Assembly: GCA_030390025.1 (NCBI GenBank)
Contig: CM059432.1
Location: 133,488,001 to 133,552,000, forward strand
Source of the DNA: Squalus acanthias
Lineage: Eukaryota
Length of the DNA stretch: 64,000 nt
Reading direction: 5' to 3'
In this document: positions 13,292 to 26,174 of the stretch, one piece after another
Layout: each line of letters starts with the position of its first letter
Position numbering within the stretch: the first letter of the stretch is position 1
Translations under genes and position numbers: made by a program
Notes under the pieces: generated by a model
What the model was told of the DNA's origin: nothing
The model's database searches: none
What the model saw: only the letters and a program-made list of their open reading frames with translations

Positions 13292-13580
13292 TTGTGACCC
13301 CTTGTGACCCCACCTCATTGTCTTTGATGTAATGTTTTCCTGACTGACCTGTTTGGACACCATCCACACCTTTGATTGCCGTGATTATCTCTCTGCCGAG
13401 GTGTGATAAAGGGCAGTTAGAAAGATTAACTGTAATCATCTGGCAGTGTTCTCTGACTATATATGCTGTGCCTATATGCATCTCTTCACTTCACCTGACG
13501 AAGGAGCAGCGCTCCGAAAGCTTGTGATTTCAAATAAAGCTGTTGGACTATAACCTGGTTTTGTGCGACTTCTCACATTT
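13292..13580 (+). mobile_element. Penelope-like pseudo-LTR (family B)
   Basis: TATA-like stretch, hammerhead core, AATAAA; begins TGTGA and ends near TCACA; inserted within CR1. Confidence 0.7.
13491..13527 (+). ncRNA. Minimal type I hammerhead ribozyme (Penelope-associated)
   Basis: TCAC-CTGACGA-A-GGAGC-AGC-GCTCC-GAAAGCTT-GTGA: CUGANGA and GAAA cores, helix II GGAGC/GCTCC, palindromic helix III AAGCTT, helix I TCAC/GTGA. Confidence 0.85.
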
Positions 13581-13604
13581 GAAAAAAGAAAGCTGAGGGG
13601 TGAA

Positions 13605-13697
13605 AGACGGCACCTACCAACAGTGTAATGCTCCCTCAGTACTGAACTGGGACTATCAGATTTGTGCCCAAGTCTCTGGCGTGGGACTTGAACCCAC

Positions 13698-13728
<31 letters not shown>

Positions 13729-13749
13729 AACTGAGCCACAGCTGACACT
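13605..13749 (-). mobile_element. DeuSINE head fragment
   Basis: tRNA-like head matching the other copies. Confidence 0.85.
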
Positions 13750-14199
13750 AGAATACCAGATGTGTACTGATCGATATTTTCCCTTGAATAAAAGAATTCT
13801 CCATCATATTCTTGCCTCATTTGTGGAGCCTATTATTATATTTTGTTGTAGCCCTAACAACATGCTTGATGTTTGATTAGATTTGCTTTGCTATTTATAT
13901 ACTGGAAGTGCTGAGCAGTGGCAACACTCCAGGATTTTTACTGCTGTACTACACTTGTGGTAATCAGTAGCATAACTGTTGGAGACACAAGCATTCCTTT
14001 TTACTGCCACACTTGATACCTATTTTCTGGGTAAAGTGTGATTTTCTGATATGCACTGCCAGTGGGCATGATTCCCTGCTGCTAGCGTATGCTTGGACAA
14101 TTTACCCCACTATAGATATCGCTCCCGAAAATCTGCTGTGGTTACAGCGGGAATCCGGCAGATACTTGTGGACTTTTGGAGACTATTATGACAAAAGCA

Positions 14200-15829
14200 G
14201 GAAATAATACTGGACATGTACAAGCCATTCAGCACCTGCTAAAAAGAAAATGTAATGCTTCAGGCGAGACCTGCCATTCAGACAGGCGGAAGGTTTAACT
14301 GGTTTGAATGTAGAAACACGCAGGAAGAAGTTAAAAGGATGGTCAAATGGGCAAAGAGGAAACCTAGGAAAGAGCCTAGTTGCAGACATCAAAAATCAGA
14401 AATTCTTTCAGTAACAGGGGCAGTCAGAGAAGATGAGAGCACCCTTAAAAAAGAAGGGTAATGGGCTGAAATCGAGGAAACATAAGTGGAGATATTCCTG
14501 GGTCTGTTTCTAGGTGCTCTGGATCACCTGGGTGCAGCACATATTGAAATATCAGGCAAGTTCTACTACAGATATGCACTCTGAACCTCCAATAGTTGCT
14601 GCGCTCAGGTGATCTAGTTATCCCCTTTAATACAGTTATTACACTCCAAGATTACTTTCTCCAAGATTTCACATGAACATGACATGAACAGCATGTCTTC
14701 CCTTAGTAGAATTGATGATCTTGACATAAATAAGATAGAAGTCCTAGACAGGCTAATAGGGTTCAAAGCAAATACATCCCTTGGGTTGGATGTTATTTTA
14801 TCTCCAAACACTAAGGGGTGTGTTGGGGGTCGAGTAAGATGTTAAAATTTAAAAAATCCCAAACCCAACCCCAACCCGCCCACTTGAACGGAGGCAGGAC
14901 AGGGGGCAGCCAGCAAAACATTATTGAGCTGAAGGGTACAGGAAAAAGTCCAACTAACTGGGCAGACAGTGAGATGCCACATTCCAACAAATTCTGGCCC
15001 AATGAGTAAACTTGACAATTTTTTTTAAATTCATTCCTGGGATGTGGGCGCCGCTGGCAAGGCCAGCATTTATTGCCCATCCCTAATTGCCCTTGAGAAG
15101 GTGGTGGTGAGCCGCCTTCTTGAACCGCTGCAGTCCGTGTGGTGAAGGTACTCCCACAGTCCTGTTAGGGAGGGAGTTCCAGGATTTTGACCCAGCGACG
15201 ATGAAGGAACGACGATGTACTTCCAAGTCAGGATGGTGTGTGACTTGGAGGGGAACTTGGAGGTGGTGGTGTTCCCATGCGCCTGCTGTCCTTGTCCTTC
15301 TAGGTGGTAGAGGTCATAGGTTTGGGAGGTGCTGCCGAAGAAGCCTTGGCGAGCCTTGTAAATAGCAGCAAGCATGGACTGAGAAAGGGAAGCCCCTATC
15401 TGACCGACCTCCTTGACATTGTTGAGGAAACAGCGTCCCAAGTGGACTGTGGAAAGCCCAGTGAAGCAGTGTACCTTGAACTCCAACAAGCACTTGACAA
15501 AGGATCACACGGAAGACTACTAGTTAAACTTAAGTGGTGGCGATTCAGAGTAAAGCCTGGGATTGGATAAGAAATTGTCTGAAAGGTAGGAAGCAGCTGA
15601 TAGTTGCTCAAGGAGTTACATGCGGGGAAGGGCAGGGTGGGGGGAGGAATGCTGATTGGAGTGCCCCAGGGATAGGTGACTTGGATTCAGAAATCAATGC
15701 AAACTGGTCAAATTCGCAAACTTGGAGGGGCAACTTGGAAATCATAACATGTGTAAGTTTATACAAAATATGTAAGTGGATGGAACGACGGCAGGTGAAA
15801 TTTACCAGGTTCAAAAGTAAAGTACATCA
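14200..15829 (+). mobile_element. Old, fragmented CR1 ORF2; resumes at 20021-20120 after the Harbinger
   Basis: Degenerate EVKRMVKWAK, VLDRLIGFKANTSLGLD and KHGLRKG...VYLELQQALDK; continues YSMNG...ERDLEV after 20020. Confidence 0.7.
15030..15357 (-). mobile_element. 3' end of the same LINE family as 2085-4720
   Basis: Closely matches 2085-2405. Confidence 0.9.
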
Positions 15830-16426
15830 CGGCTGGAATTTTCTGGCGTCCGTGCAGGCGGGACTGGAGGTGGGTCAGGAGGGAAATTTGAAATAACTTG
15901 GAGCGGGTTGGAAACCAGCCGTCATCCCGCCTCCACACGCCTTTCCCTCGGGCGCCTTTGCCAGAGCAGCAGTGACCCGAACGGCAGAGGCGGCCGAGCT
16001 AATTCAGATGATTATTAGGTACTTGTCAGACCCTTAGGCACCTGTTTAACTCCACCTTTCAAATTTCCCTGGATGACCACAGGAATCATGCAGCTCGGGA
16101 ACCACATCTGTGAACCTGAGGCGGAAGTTCAGTGGCTATTGATCCAGCTCATTAGTGCACAGTATGAAAAGCACAATAAATACTCCCACCTGACACCTGG
16201 TTACTTTGCTAAGGCAGATGCTGTTGCTGAATGCATTGTCAGCACAGATTTAGCTTTCTAGAGGTTGCAAGTCTTTCCGCAAAGTCGGGATCCACTGTCA
16301 CCTCATTGGTACAACCTGTCACACCATTGACAGATTGCTTCTGTCATCTCTACTTGACCTGCCATCTATTATGTAAGTATGAGTGCCATTTATACTGTCT
16401 CACCTTGGTCCTCAGAATTGGACTAC

Positions 16427-17430
16427 AATGAGCCCCAACACCAGCAGCACCAGGCACAGTAGCAGCACCAACAACACCACCACCAACCTTCTCCTCACCG
16501 ACCTGATGCTGCACAGGACTGAGGGCATCAGTGGAGGGCTGCACCGCGCCGGAGGCGATACCCCCAACACAGGGTATACTGGCAGTGGATGAGCTTCCTC
16601 AACATGACTGAGCAGCAGTGCCAAAGGAGGCTCAGGCTATCGCGCCAGGTCATCGCAGACATTTGCAGATAGCTGGAGTGGGTGGACACGCCTTACCAGT
16701 GGCTGTCAAAGTCACCAGCGCCCTCAACTTCTCTGCCTCAGGCTCCTTCCAGGGATCTGCAGCAGACATTTGTGACATCTCGCAGTCGGTCGCCCACAGA
16801 TGCATCACACAGGTCACCGATACCTGGTTGACAAGTCAACCAATTATATCAACTTTGCCACTGATGAGGCCAGGGTTACTGAGCGTGTGCTCGGCTTTGC
16901 AGCTCTGGCTGGCTTTCCACAGGTGCAGGGCGTCATCGACTGCACACATGTGGCCATCAAGGCACCCCATCATCACCCAGGAGTCTTTGTTAACCACAAG
17001 GGCTTCCACTCCCTCAATGTGCAGCTCGTCTGCAACCATAGGAATATCATCATGCATGTGTGTGCCAAATTTCCTGGAAGCTGCCGTGACTCTTTCGTCC
17101 TGCACCAGTCCACCCTCCCTCAGCTCTTCGCTCCTCCAAACAGACTTTCTGGCTGGCTGCTTGGAGACAAGGGCTATCCAGTGAAGACGTGGCTCATGAC
17201 ATCCTTGAGGAGGCCAAGTACAGAGGCCGAGGAGAGATATAATGAAAGCCACATCTCCACCAGATGTGTCATAGAGCAGACAATAGGCATGCTGAAAATG
17301 TGCTTCAGATGTCTTGACAGATCTGAGGAGCCCTTCAGTACGCACCAGCCAGGGTCTCCAGAATCATCATGGTCTGCTGCGCCCTGCACAACATAGCGCA
17401 GCAGCGAGGTTTAGCGCTGCATGAGGAGCA
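16427..17430 (+). pseudogene. Harbinger DDE transposase (HARBI1-like family), disrupted; start approximate
   Basis: [81 protein letters not shown]; stop and frameshifts. Confidence 0.92.
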
Positions 17431-17884
17431 AGGCTCTGAGCTGCCCGGGAGGCCAGGGATGGCCTCATCATGGCCAGATTTACTTAACTACAGGCATTAC
17501 ACCCATATGGCTGCCACATGCTGTGCCAGGCTCCCAACAGCCCACAGCAACACCATAAAGCATCCCTACAATGACCAGGACATTCCTTTCACACTGACCA
17601 CCATTGCTGGAGGTAATGTTATGTCTCACCATTCACTCTAACTCACTAAGCCACTTCCAAAGTTGCAGACACAATTAGCCATGACTGGAAAATAGTGAAA
17701 ATAAGAATTTTTATCTGCGACATCACATTAACGGAGACTTCACACGAACAGTTATTAAAACACCCCAGTGATTACCCTTGTGCATCTACTTGTGTGTCAT
17801 CTTTCTCTTACACGTGTTTCTATGAGGTGCTACGGCTGTGGCTTCAGCAGAGGTAGAGGCAGCCTGCTCACTTCCCTGCTGCGA

Positions 17885-19773
17885 CTACATAGACACTTTT
17901 GGCGGACATCCTCTGGGTCTTGGAGCCTGTGATGGCCCCGCCAAAGTCTGCTCCTCCTGTGATTGTGCAGGGGCAGACTCGGCCATCGCAATCCCGGGAG
18001 GCATGTGGGGCTCTGACTGAGGGGGAGGCAGTGGGGGAGAGGTGTGAGCACTTTGAGAGGAGCTCACACTTCCCTCTTCCCTCTCACCATCATCCCTCTC
18101 ATGGGACACCCGCACTTCCCTGCTAGGAAGGAGCTGGAGAGCACCTTGCTGCACATCAGTGGGGCCATGAGGACCCAAGTGTACATTTACATCCCTCCTA
18201 GAGAGGAGGTCTATAAGCATCTGCCATCTATTCTCCATAGAGAGCCATCTATTCTCCATAGAGAGCCATCTATTCTCTATAGAGAGCCATCTATTCTCTA
18301 TAGAGACCATGTGCTCCTGTGAGTGGTGCATTAGCTGCTCTATGCAGGTGGCCATCCTATCCATGGAGGAGCCTACAGTCGCCATCGCCTGCGACACGGT
18401 GGTACTCACTTTGGGGATGAACTCCTCCATTCTCTGCACATTTGCAGACATCACTGTTGCGAAACCTGTCAAAGGCTCCTGCATTTCTTGCTACACCTCC
18501 AGGATTGTCCTCTTTCTGGATGGCCCCTGAAACTCAGTGTCTGCATGCAGCTGAGCAGAGCTGGGAACATCCTGTGCCCTCTGGTGAGGACTCTCCATTG
18601 CTGTCCCTGTCTCCACCATCTCCTCTTGCTCACTTGTGACTTGTGAGACACCAGGTGACAACACTACTCTGTCTCGCGTGGGACCCACCGAGGTGTGCGT
18701 ATCTGCGCTGGTGCTGGGTGCGCTTCTGTCTGGTGATGGTGCACCCTCAGAGGCTGGAGGCTCCTCTGAGGAATCGTCTTCCTCTTCCTCCTGGACAGTG
18801 GGGGCGGGGGGGGGGGCTTGTGATGGACCTGTGGGAGAGTAAAAAGATGAGTTAGAAATATGATATTAAGAATGGGTACAGATACCATTATGCACATGAT
18901 GACCATTCACTGGCTGCTGACATCAGTCACCATATGAGTGACTGCTGTATGCCATGTGGCTGTATGAGATGTAATTCTGTCACCAGGTTGCTGAGATGTT
19001 CCCCTCTCTCTGTCTCCCAACTCCAGCTGCTCTGTGACTCCTGAGACTTCCAGGGCGACCTCCTCTGCTGTAGTTAAGGTGGCTAATGATGGAGGGTCAC
19101 ATCTGGTTCTCTCCCTTTCCCTCTTATTGTGGGCTCTCTTCTTCTGCAAGGAGGCAAAGAAGAGAAGTTTGAGTGAGAGTGATGGAATGAGTGTAAGGAA
19201 TGGATGGGTTACATCTGTAGAGGGTGACTATGATGGAGTGGGGTGGCAATGCCAAGTGGCCTCCTTGTGTGTTGTTAGTTGGTATGATTGCATTAGGATG
19301 AGGGTGAGTGTGAGGCGTGGTAAGTCAGATGGGGATGTGATAATGTAGATAGAGAGAGGGATGGGTGGATATGCAAGGTATGTTGGTGTGAGTAATGATG
19401 TGCAGGAACAGGGTTGGGAAGGCAGAGTGATGGGGATGTGATGAGAGGCACAGCAGGGTGAAGTTGAGTGTGGCTTTGCACTCACCTTTCCTGATCTAAT
19501 GAGATCATTGAAACATTTCCAGCACTGCACCCAGGTCCTCCTGACCACATCCCTGCTGTTGACCGCCTCTGCTATTTGGAGCCAGGCTCCTTTGGTCTGC
19601 TGGGGAGGTCTCTTCCGCCCATCCGAAGGGAAAGGGACCTCCCTGTGTGCTCTAACTCCTTCCACAAGCATATGGAGGGAGTCATCTGAGAACCTGGGTG
19701 CAGCCCTCTGTCTCTGTGCAGTCCTGTCTGGCACTGTTTGAAAGACTCCAATGGTGCAGTACAGTGACTGCAC
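17885..19773 (-). pseudogene. Harbinger Myb/SANT-like DNA-binding protein, 3 exons (about 19773-19486, 19143-18984, 18828-17885), one in-frame stop
   Basis: RAAPRFSDDSLHMLVEGV...AWLQIAEAVNS...RTWVQCWKCFNDL; phase-compatible GT-AG introns; TAG at 18491-18493; start codon uncertain. Confidence 0.85.
18223..18306. repeat. 4 x 21-bp tandem repeat encoding heptad (L)S(I/M)ENRW in the Myb gene
   Basis: GCCATCTATTCTCYATAGAGA x4. Confidence 0.95.
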
Positions 19774-20139
19774 TATCCTAGATGAACCTTCAAATGCAAT
19801 GTGGCCATGGCTCCTTTAAATATCCCGGCTGAAAAAGCATCATCGATGACGTCATCAGACCCGCACCATTTAATAGGGCCGGGTAACGCGCAGGGCGGCT
19901 TTAATAGGTGCCATTAATGGAAAGTTGATCTCAGGAGCAGAATGGAATGAGCAGCGGGGTCGCGACCTGCCACAGCGACTGTCCGCACCCAATCCACCCA
20001 GGTACAGAAAATTCCGGCCCACAAGGAAAGAAATAAATGGTGACAATTATTCCATGAATGGTGCCAAAGTAGCTAAGGATGAAGCTGAAAGAGATCTGGA
20101 GGTGATATTGAGCATATCATAACAACAACAGCAGCAAAC

Positions 20140-20300
20140 AAGACACTTCATTTCTAGAGGGATAAAATTGAAAAGCAGAGAAGTTATGTTAAACTTGTAT
20201 AGAACCTTGGTTAGACCACACTTGGAGTACGGTGCACAGTTCTGGTCTCCATATAAAAAGGATATAGAGGCACTGGAAAAGCTGCATAAAAGATTTAATG
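20140..20300 (+). mobile_element. CR1 fragment
   Basis: LYRTLVRPHLEYGAQFWSP. Confidence 0.8.
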
Positions 20301-20514
20301 TAATACTATCCGGGTCGCGGCCTAGTTTCCGGCCCTTCTGGCAGGTTCTCACCTCGGCCTGAAGTACTTTAGAAGGGCTGCGATTTTTGGAGCTCTGATG
20401 TGATCAGCCATTTTAGTAAATTGCATGCAGCTGTCAATCATACGACCATTTCTAGATCAGCGGGAACAATCAGAGAACTTCCTGTAGTTAACTATCAATG
20501 CAGCATTACATAAT

Positions 20515-21275
20515 GGCCCGTATTTTCCGATGCCTGCGGGTGTGTACGAGCTGTGTACACACCCACAGGGACATCAGAAATGCCGGTTTCAGGCATGCGA
20601 AGCGCATGCGCTGAAAACTGGCATTTTCGATCTGTCAAGAATCCTCTTGACAGATTGGATGCCTGCCCTAGAGAAGGGCCTCTGCGGGTGGAGAGTTCTG
20701 CTTTTTGCAGAACCTCCGCCCGCTGAAATCCCTTAAAAATCTCACGCCTGGTAAAAGCAGGTGTAAGGCCTGCTTTTACCAGCATAAGAGTTTAAAAAAG
20801 TTAAAAAAAAAAGTTTTTCACTCATTTATAATTTAAAAATACTTTTAGAAAAGGTAAGTTTATTTTTAGCCCCATAAAAAACTTTAATTATTTTTTTCAA
20901 AAAATTAAATGTTTGTTTAAAATATTTAATTTAATGTAATTTTAACACATTTTAAAAACGTGATGGTTTTTTAAAATTTATTCAATGTTTTGATGTCTTT
21001 TTTTAGTGATCCCCATTCATATATTTGACTATTCATCTATCTGTCAAAAGTATGAAGGGGGATTCCCTTCTCCTATTGGCTGGCCTGGCTCACGTGATCC
21101 CAGGGACGCTTGTGAACCGCCTGCACCCCGGGATACCTGGGCCCTGCGCATTTCGACTGTGGAGAGGCCCAGGAGCGGAAGTGTCCGGACCTCGGGAGCC
21201 CTCAGGTAAGAGCGTAGATTTTTTCAGATAGGAGGCCTCCGCACGCGGGAAGCCTCCTATTGGAAATTACGGGCC
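20515..21275. mobile_element. Harbinger-type MITE
   Basis: TIRs GGCCCGTATTTTCC / GGAAATTACGGGCC with 3-bp TSD AAT. Confidence 0.85.
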
Positions 21276-21427
21276 AATATTGATACTGTTATCCTGTATC
21301 CCCTCAATTACAATGGTGCATCCTGGCTGAAAGGAGGTGCCCTTTTCCATTGTGGAAATATAGATGGTACCTAAAAAGTAACAGCTGGGAACATTAAATG
21401 GGATAAGTCTTTGACATTTACAGATTC

Positions 21428-21900
21428 GGTGGTAGCACTCTCACCTCTGAGTCAGAAGGTTGTGGGTTCAAGTCCCACTCCAGGATTTGAATAGACATTA
21501 AGCTAAGGCCCCCCTCTGGCCTGTTGAGGTGAATGTAAGAGGTTGAAAAAGAGCAGGGAGCTCTTCCAGTGTCCTGGCCAACATTTATCGCTCAACCAAC
21601 GTCACTAAAACAGATTAACCAGTCACTAATCTTGTTTGGATGAAAGTTCATCGACCTGAAACGTTAACTCTGTTTCTCTCTCCACAGATGCTGCCTGACC
21701 TGCTGAGTATTTTCAGCATTTTCTGTTTATATTTCAGATTTCCAGCATCCGCAGTATTTTGCTTTTGCACTAACCTTGATCCTTGTGTGACTTTGCTGTG
21801 TTTGCCTACAGAAAAACAACTGCATTCACACGTTATAATAATTAATGGTGAAGTGTTTTCGGACATCCTCAGGGGGTGAAAGGCGCTTCCGAAATGGAAG
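21428..21900 (+). mobile_element. Degenerate DeuSINE containing a Penelope fragment (about 21640-21767)
   Basis: SINE head and B box GGTTCAAGTCCC; the PLE piece has a truncated hammerhead and is flanked by CACTAA(T/C)CTTG. Confidence 0.8.
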
Positions 21901-23924
21901 TTGTTACATCTTTCTTTTCTTACACCGAACGTATTAGTCCCTCCTGTCACCTTCTCCTTTAAAAAGAGGCTGGTGCCATCCATGCAGCAATTGAGGGTGG
22001 ATTTGCAACCTGTGAAAGCACATGGAAAAACCCAAGAGAGTTTCTGATGACATCCAATTGATCGCACAGATCAGTGTGACAGCTCAGCTAACAGTTGAGC
22101 GTATTCATAACACTTAAGATGGCTGGTGTTAACTGCTGTACCTTTCACCAGGGACATTTTACAAGGCTCTTATTCCTCCCAAACGACCTCCCTGTCCCAC
22201 CCATGGCTGTTCGCACAGCGCTCACCTTGCTTGTAGGGTCAGCAGCAGAACATGTGCTCTAGCATCATCAACACACCCCAATCATGTCATCACCCTGGGA
22301 AGTATTCCACTCCAACTGCTGTCTTAGAAGTTAACAATTTCCAGAAGGTACAAAAACATCCGCAATATTCTCCATGTCTTAAATTCAGTTGATAGATGAG
22401 GGGTGAAGGGCAACTTCCTCTGAAGGCCATGATGGGTCCAGATGTAAAATGAGTTCTGGCAGCCTCAGCTTCAGTCACAGTCTAATAGTTCCAGCGAGTC
22501 ACCGTCTACATCGCAGTCCAGCTCTGGATTTGACAACATTGCTACTTAGAGAGGCTTTGGGTTTAACAAATGGAGAACTTGCGGCAGCAGATGTTACTCA
22601 TGTTATGGCTGAGGCTACAGTGCAGGAGGGACCTGGGCCAACCATTGTCACTGACCTAATAATGCTTAGCGTTGATTTGAAGTGCAGAAGAGTAATAAAA
22701 GCCTCAAATGCGCACATAAATAAAATAAAATAAAACAGAGCAGGAAAATGCAATGTTGGCTCCGAAGCAGAAAATGAAGGTTCAATGGGGGTGTAGAATT
22801 GTTCATCTGATTAATTATAGCTTCAGTGCATTATAGTCAAGAAATGTTCACGCAACAGCAGAAATCAAACAAAATGTGAAAATCAGTGTTGAAGCCAACA
22901 CTTCTCTATGCAAATTCAAAGTATTAAAAGCAAAATTTCTCATAGGGTAAATTAATAGAATTACAAAAATATAATGATAGCAATTAAAGGCGAAAAATGC
23001 AAATTTTATAGTCAAGGACAATTACTCCATTTATAGTGTATTGGAGTGGTGCCAGATTAGGGTAATTTAGATCCAAGTAGCTCACGGTTATACCATGATG
23101 AATGTTTGCGCTTCTTCACTGAAATGCAAATAGGTGAGAAGTTCAGGAAAAAAGCTCAAATTAGAAATACCATGAACAGTACTTCATTAAAATGATGGGT
23201 GTTTCATTCTGTGCTATCTACAGGCGAAAAAAATAGGGGTTGCTTCCTTCTTGATGTTGTAGCAGACCATACCTAATGTTGATCGGGACTACATGTTACG
23301 ACTACAGATCTTGCATTTAATTACAAGAGGCCATTAAGGAGTTTAACATGTTGGATCCCACACAGCCATTCTGCATCCTGAAACACCAAAGGGCAGATTT
23401 ATTCCGTCCCATATGAGAGCATTTGACATGTATGAAATCTATTTAATGTGTAACCCACGAAGAAAGTATTCGCACTATTTCAAAATTATAAGATTCACGG
23501 GCTACGCTTTTTTCAAAGCACTGTGTAGAAATCCAGTAGAGATGTTATGCCTTCACTTTTAAATTTTCAGCTTACAATTTCCACAAACATCATTGTTTTT
23601 AGCCATCAATCAAAAAACACAAACCAACAGATTCTTCAAATGGTATTATTTACAGTTCTTTCTGTCTCTGCAAATCTACTTGGCTTACAAAAATACAATA
23701 TCTATCTATCTAATCAATCTATCTATCTGTCTGCCTAGCTCATATTTTCAACTACTGAATGATGTGGAACACTCCCAAAATGAACAGCTTAATTGCTTTA
23801 TACACAGTTATATTAAGTAGGTATGTTGGAGCTGAAATACCTCAGGAGTTTCACTTGTCTTCCCTTACAAGCAAATGATACATCACCTATGGCAATCTCT
23901 CTCTGCTGTTATGGACAGTCTTAT

Positions 23925-24138
23925 CATAGACTCATGCAGCACAAAAGGAGGCCATTCAGCCCATCATGCCTGTGCCAGCTCTTTGAAAAAGCTATTGAAT
24001 TAGTCCCACTCTCCTGCTCTTTCCCCATTTCCCGGCCAATTTCTCCTTTTCAAGTATATATCCAAATCACTTTTGAAAGTTACTACTGAATCTGCTTCTT
24101 CCACCCTTTCAGGCAGTGCATTCCAGATCACAACAACA
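23925..24138 (-). mobile_element. CR1 3' UTR fragment
   Basis: Homologous to 45560-45968 and 60088-60533. Confidence 0.75.
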
Positions 24139-24856
24139 AGACAAAAAGAAAACAAAAATTGAGATTAACCGTTAGTTGGCATGAGATGCAGTCAAACCCA
24201 GGTGTTAGTATACAATCCATAATGGCAGCTGCATGAACCAAGCAATTACATATCAGCTGAGGCTTTTAGTGGGGTCAAAGTATGTAAAGAGGTAAGTGTA
24301 AGAAAACCTGCAGGGAAAGTCTGGGGGTGTAAAGGGCCTGCGCTACTTCACGGGCATTGATGGTAAGCTATTCAAGCATATCAGCACAGTAAGGGCAGAG
24401 GTCATTGTAAGTTGCAACCATGCTTAGTTCAGTGCATTCTTGGAAGGTGGACTAGATTATTTTACTTTGCCAGACCTGGTAAGGTTACTAAACTTTTACT
24501 GGCACTGAATTGAGTTGGCATTGGCTGCCCTGACACCCACCCCTTCTGCTATGGTGCTCTCCTTGTGGGGCAGTCTTATGGGATTTGCAACAATGCCTTC
24601 CTCCTCTACCTAACTTAATTGAGAAGTACTTCCACAGCCTCATCAGTGAACCTGGGGTTCTTATACGTCCTGTAGATCTAGCAGACATTCTTCTATGGAA
24701 GAGCTGCTACAAATTCATCTTTTTTGGTGTGTTGCCCCTTTAAGCTACTGCAGCCCTCTAAATGCTGCAGCCATCTGCAAGTTCCCACCCCTCACATCGC
24801 CGAGCTCCCAATGACTGGTGCCTTGATACTGGGAGCTTGCCATTGTTATGTGCTCA

Positions 24857-25030
24857 GGGAGTAATTTTAACCTAACTCACAGGGCGGGAAACCTACGGGA
24901 TCGGGTGGAATTCCGGCTTTACACCCCGCCCAATATTACGCTGCATTGACTTCAATGGAGAGTACAATTGGGTGGGATGCAAAACCAGCGCTCCATCCGA
25001 TCCTGCCAGGGTTAGGTAAAAATTGACCCC
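24857..25030. mobile_element. Small palindromic MITE
   Basis: GGGAGTAATTTTAACCTAAC / GTTAGGTAAAATTGACCCC; central CATTGACTTCAATG. Confidence 0.7.
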
Positions 25031-25244
25031 TCTGGTGCAGTCGATCCACTTCATTGCAAGCAGACACGAACCACACTACAACATTCATCTACTCATGTTT
25101 TCATATGATCAGAAAAGCTAGGCTTCAATCTGTTGTACTGCTGGGCCAAAGTGTAAAACTGTAGGAGAGTCCTACCACTGGGCAAGAGAGTCGCTGAAGC
25201 CCACTAAAAAAAGAGTTTCCCAACTTTTTTCTAATTGAGAAACC

Positions 25245-25485
25245 TAGGCGAGAAATGTCTTTACCCAGAGAGTGGTGAGAATGTGGAACTCGCCACCAGA
25301 AGGAGTAGTTGAAGTGAATAGCACAGATGCATTTAAGGGGACGCTAGATAAACACATGAGGGAAAAAGGAATAGATGGATATGCTGATAGGGTGAGATGA
25401 AGAGGGGTGGGCGGAGGCATAAACACACTGGCATGGACTAGTTGGGCCAAATAGCCTGTTTGTGCGCTGTAAATTCTATGTAATT
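25245..25485 (+). mobile_element. CR1 3' end
   Basis: FTQRVVRMWNS-type motif and 3' UTR ending TTCTATGTAATTCT. Confidence 0.8.
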
Positions 25486-26174
25486 CTGTGACGATCCAAG
25501 GTAAATTGTGCAGGGCATCACTCAGGCTGAGAGGAGAAGAGAAGAAATGAATTCTCGTGATTATTCTGCCCACTTCTACATACATATTTACTGTGGGTAG
25601 AACGATCATGAGAATGGTTGACCAGACACTTTCAGATGAGCAGTGGTTCTGTTTGGAACAATAAAGATAGGAGGAGGATTTGGCAAGCAAAGAGGAATTG
25701 ATCAATAGGAAGTGATACTAGACTGGAGTAAACAACTGGGATATTTTTATTTTGTTCCTTTAAAAGTTTGAGAAACTGAGAAACTTGTCCAGATTTTACT
25801 TCTACAGCTACAAATATTACACACTCCCCCTCCTCACCATGTTGAAATTGAGACCCATCAAATTGAGTCCTACTCTGATCCGTTCTCTCTTGAGGCTGTG
25901 GGTCTCCTGACCTCCCTTAGTCCTGCATTCCTCCTTCAATCTACAGGCTTTTAAAACCCAAGTTTGGCATTACCAAACCATTCACTAGTGCTAATTTTAA
26001 CTTCCATTGATGGAAAAGAAAATCGGGAAGTGTAAAACGGGCTGCTGATTTGCTTTCACCCATTGTTTTGCCCAAATTAAAAGTTAAAATTACCCCCACT
26101 ATTTCTTCATTTGCCTCATCTCCTCTTTTCAACTTTGGTGGCTTCCTGCAAAAAACACCTTGACTAATCACCTA

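Larger units (their letters stand above)
13075..13604 (+). mobile_element. CR1 fragment interrupted by a Penelope pLTR
   Basis: [19 protein letters not shown] sequence; CR1 resumes (GAAAAAAGAAAGCTGAGGGGTGA) after 13580. Confidence 0.75.
15830..20020. mobile_element. Near-complete Harbinger/PIF DNA transposon with convergent transposase and Myb genes
   Basis: TIRs GGCTGGAATTTTCTG / CAGAAAATTCCGGCC; two convergent genes; splits a CR1 fragment. Confidence 0.95.

Noticed and set aside
18223..18306. CRISPR-like repeat array
   Set aside because: The units are contiguous without spacers and lie inside a eukaryotic transposon gene.
21950..22733. Moderately GC-rich stretch with short ORFs and a VSDNG motif (possible old integrase or exon)
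   Set aside because: No further integrase motifs or good splice sites could be supported.
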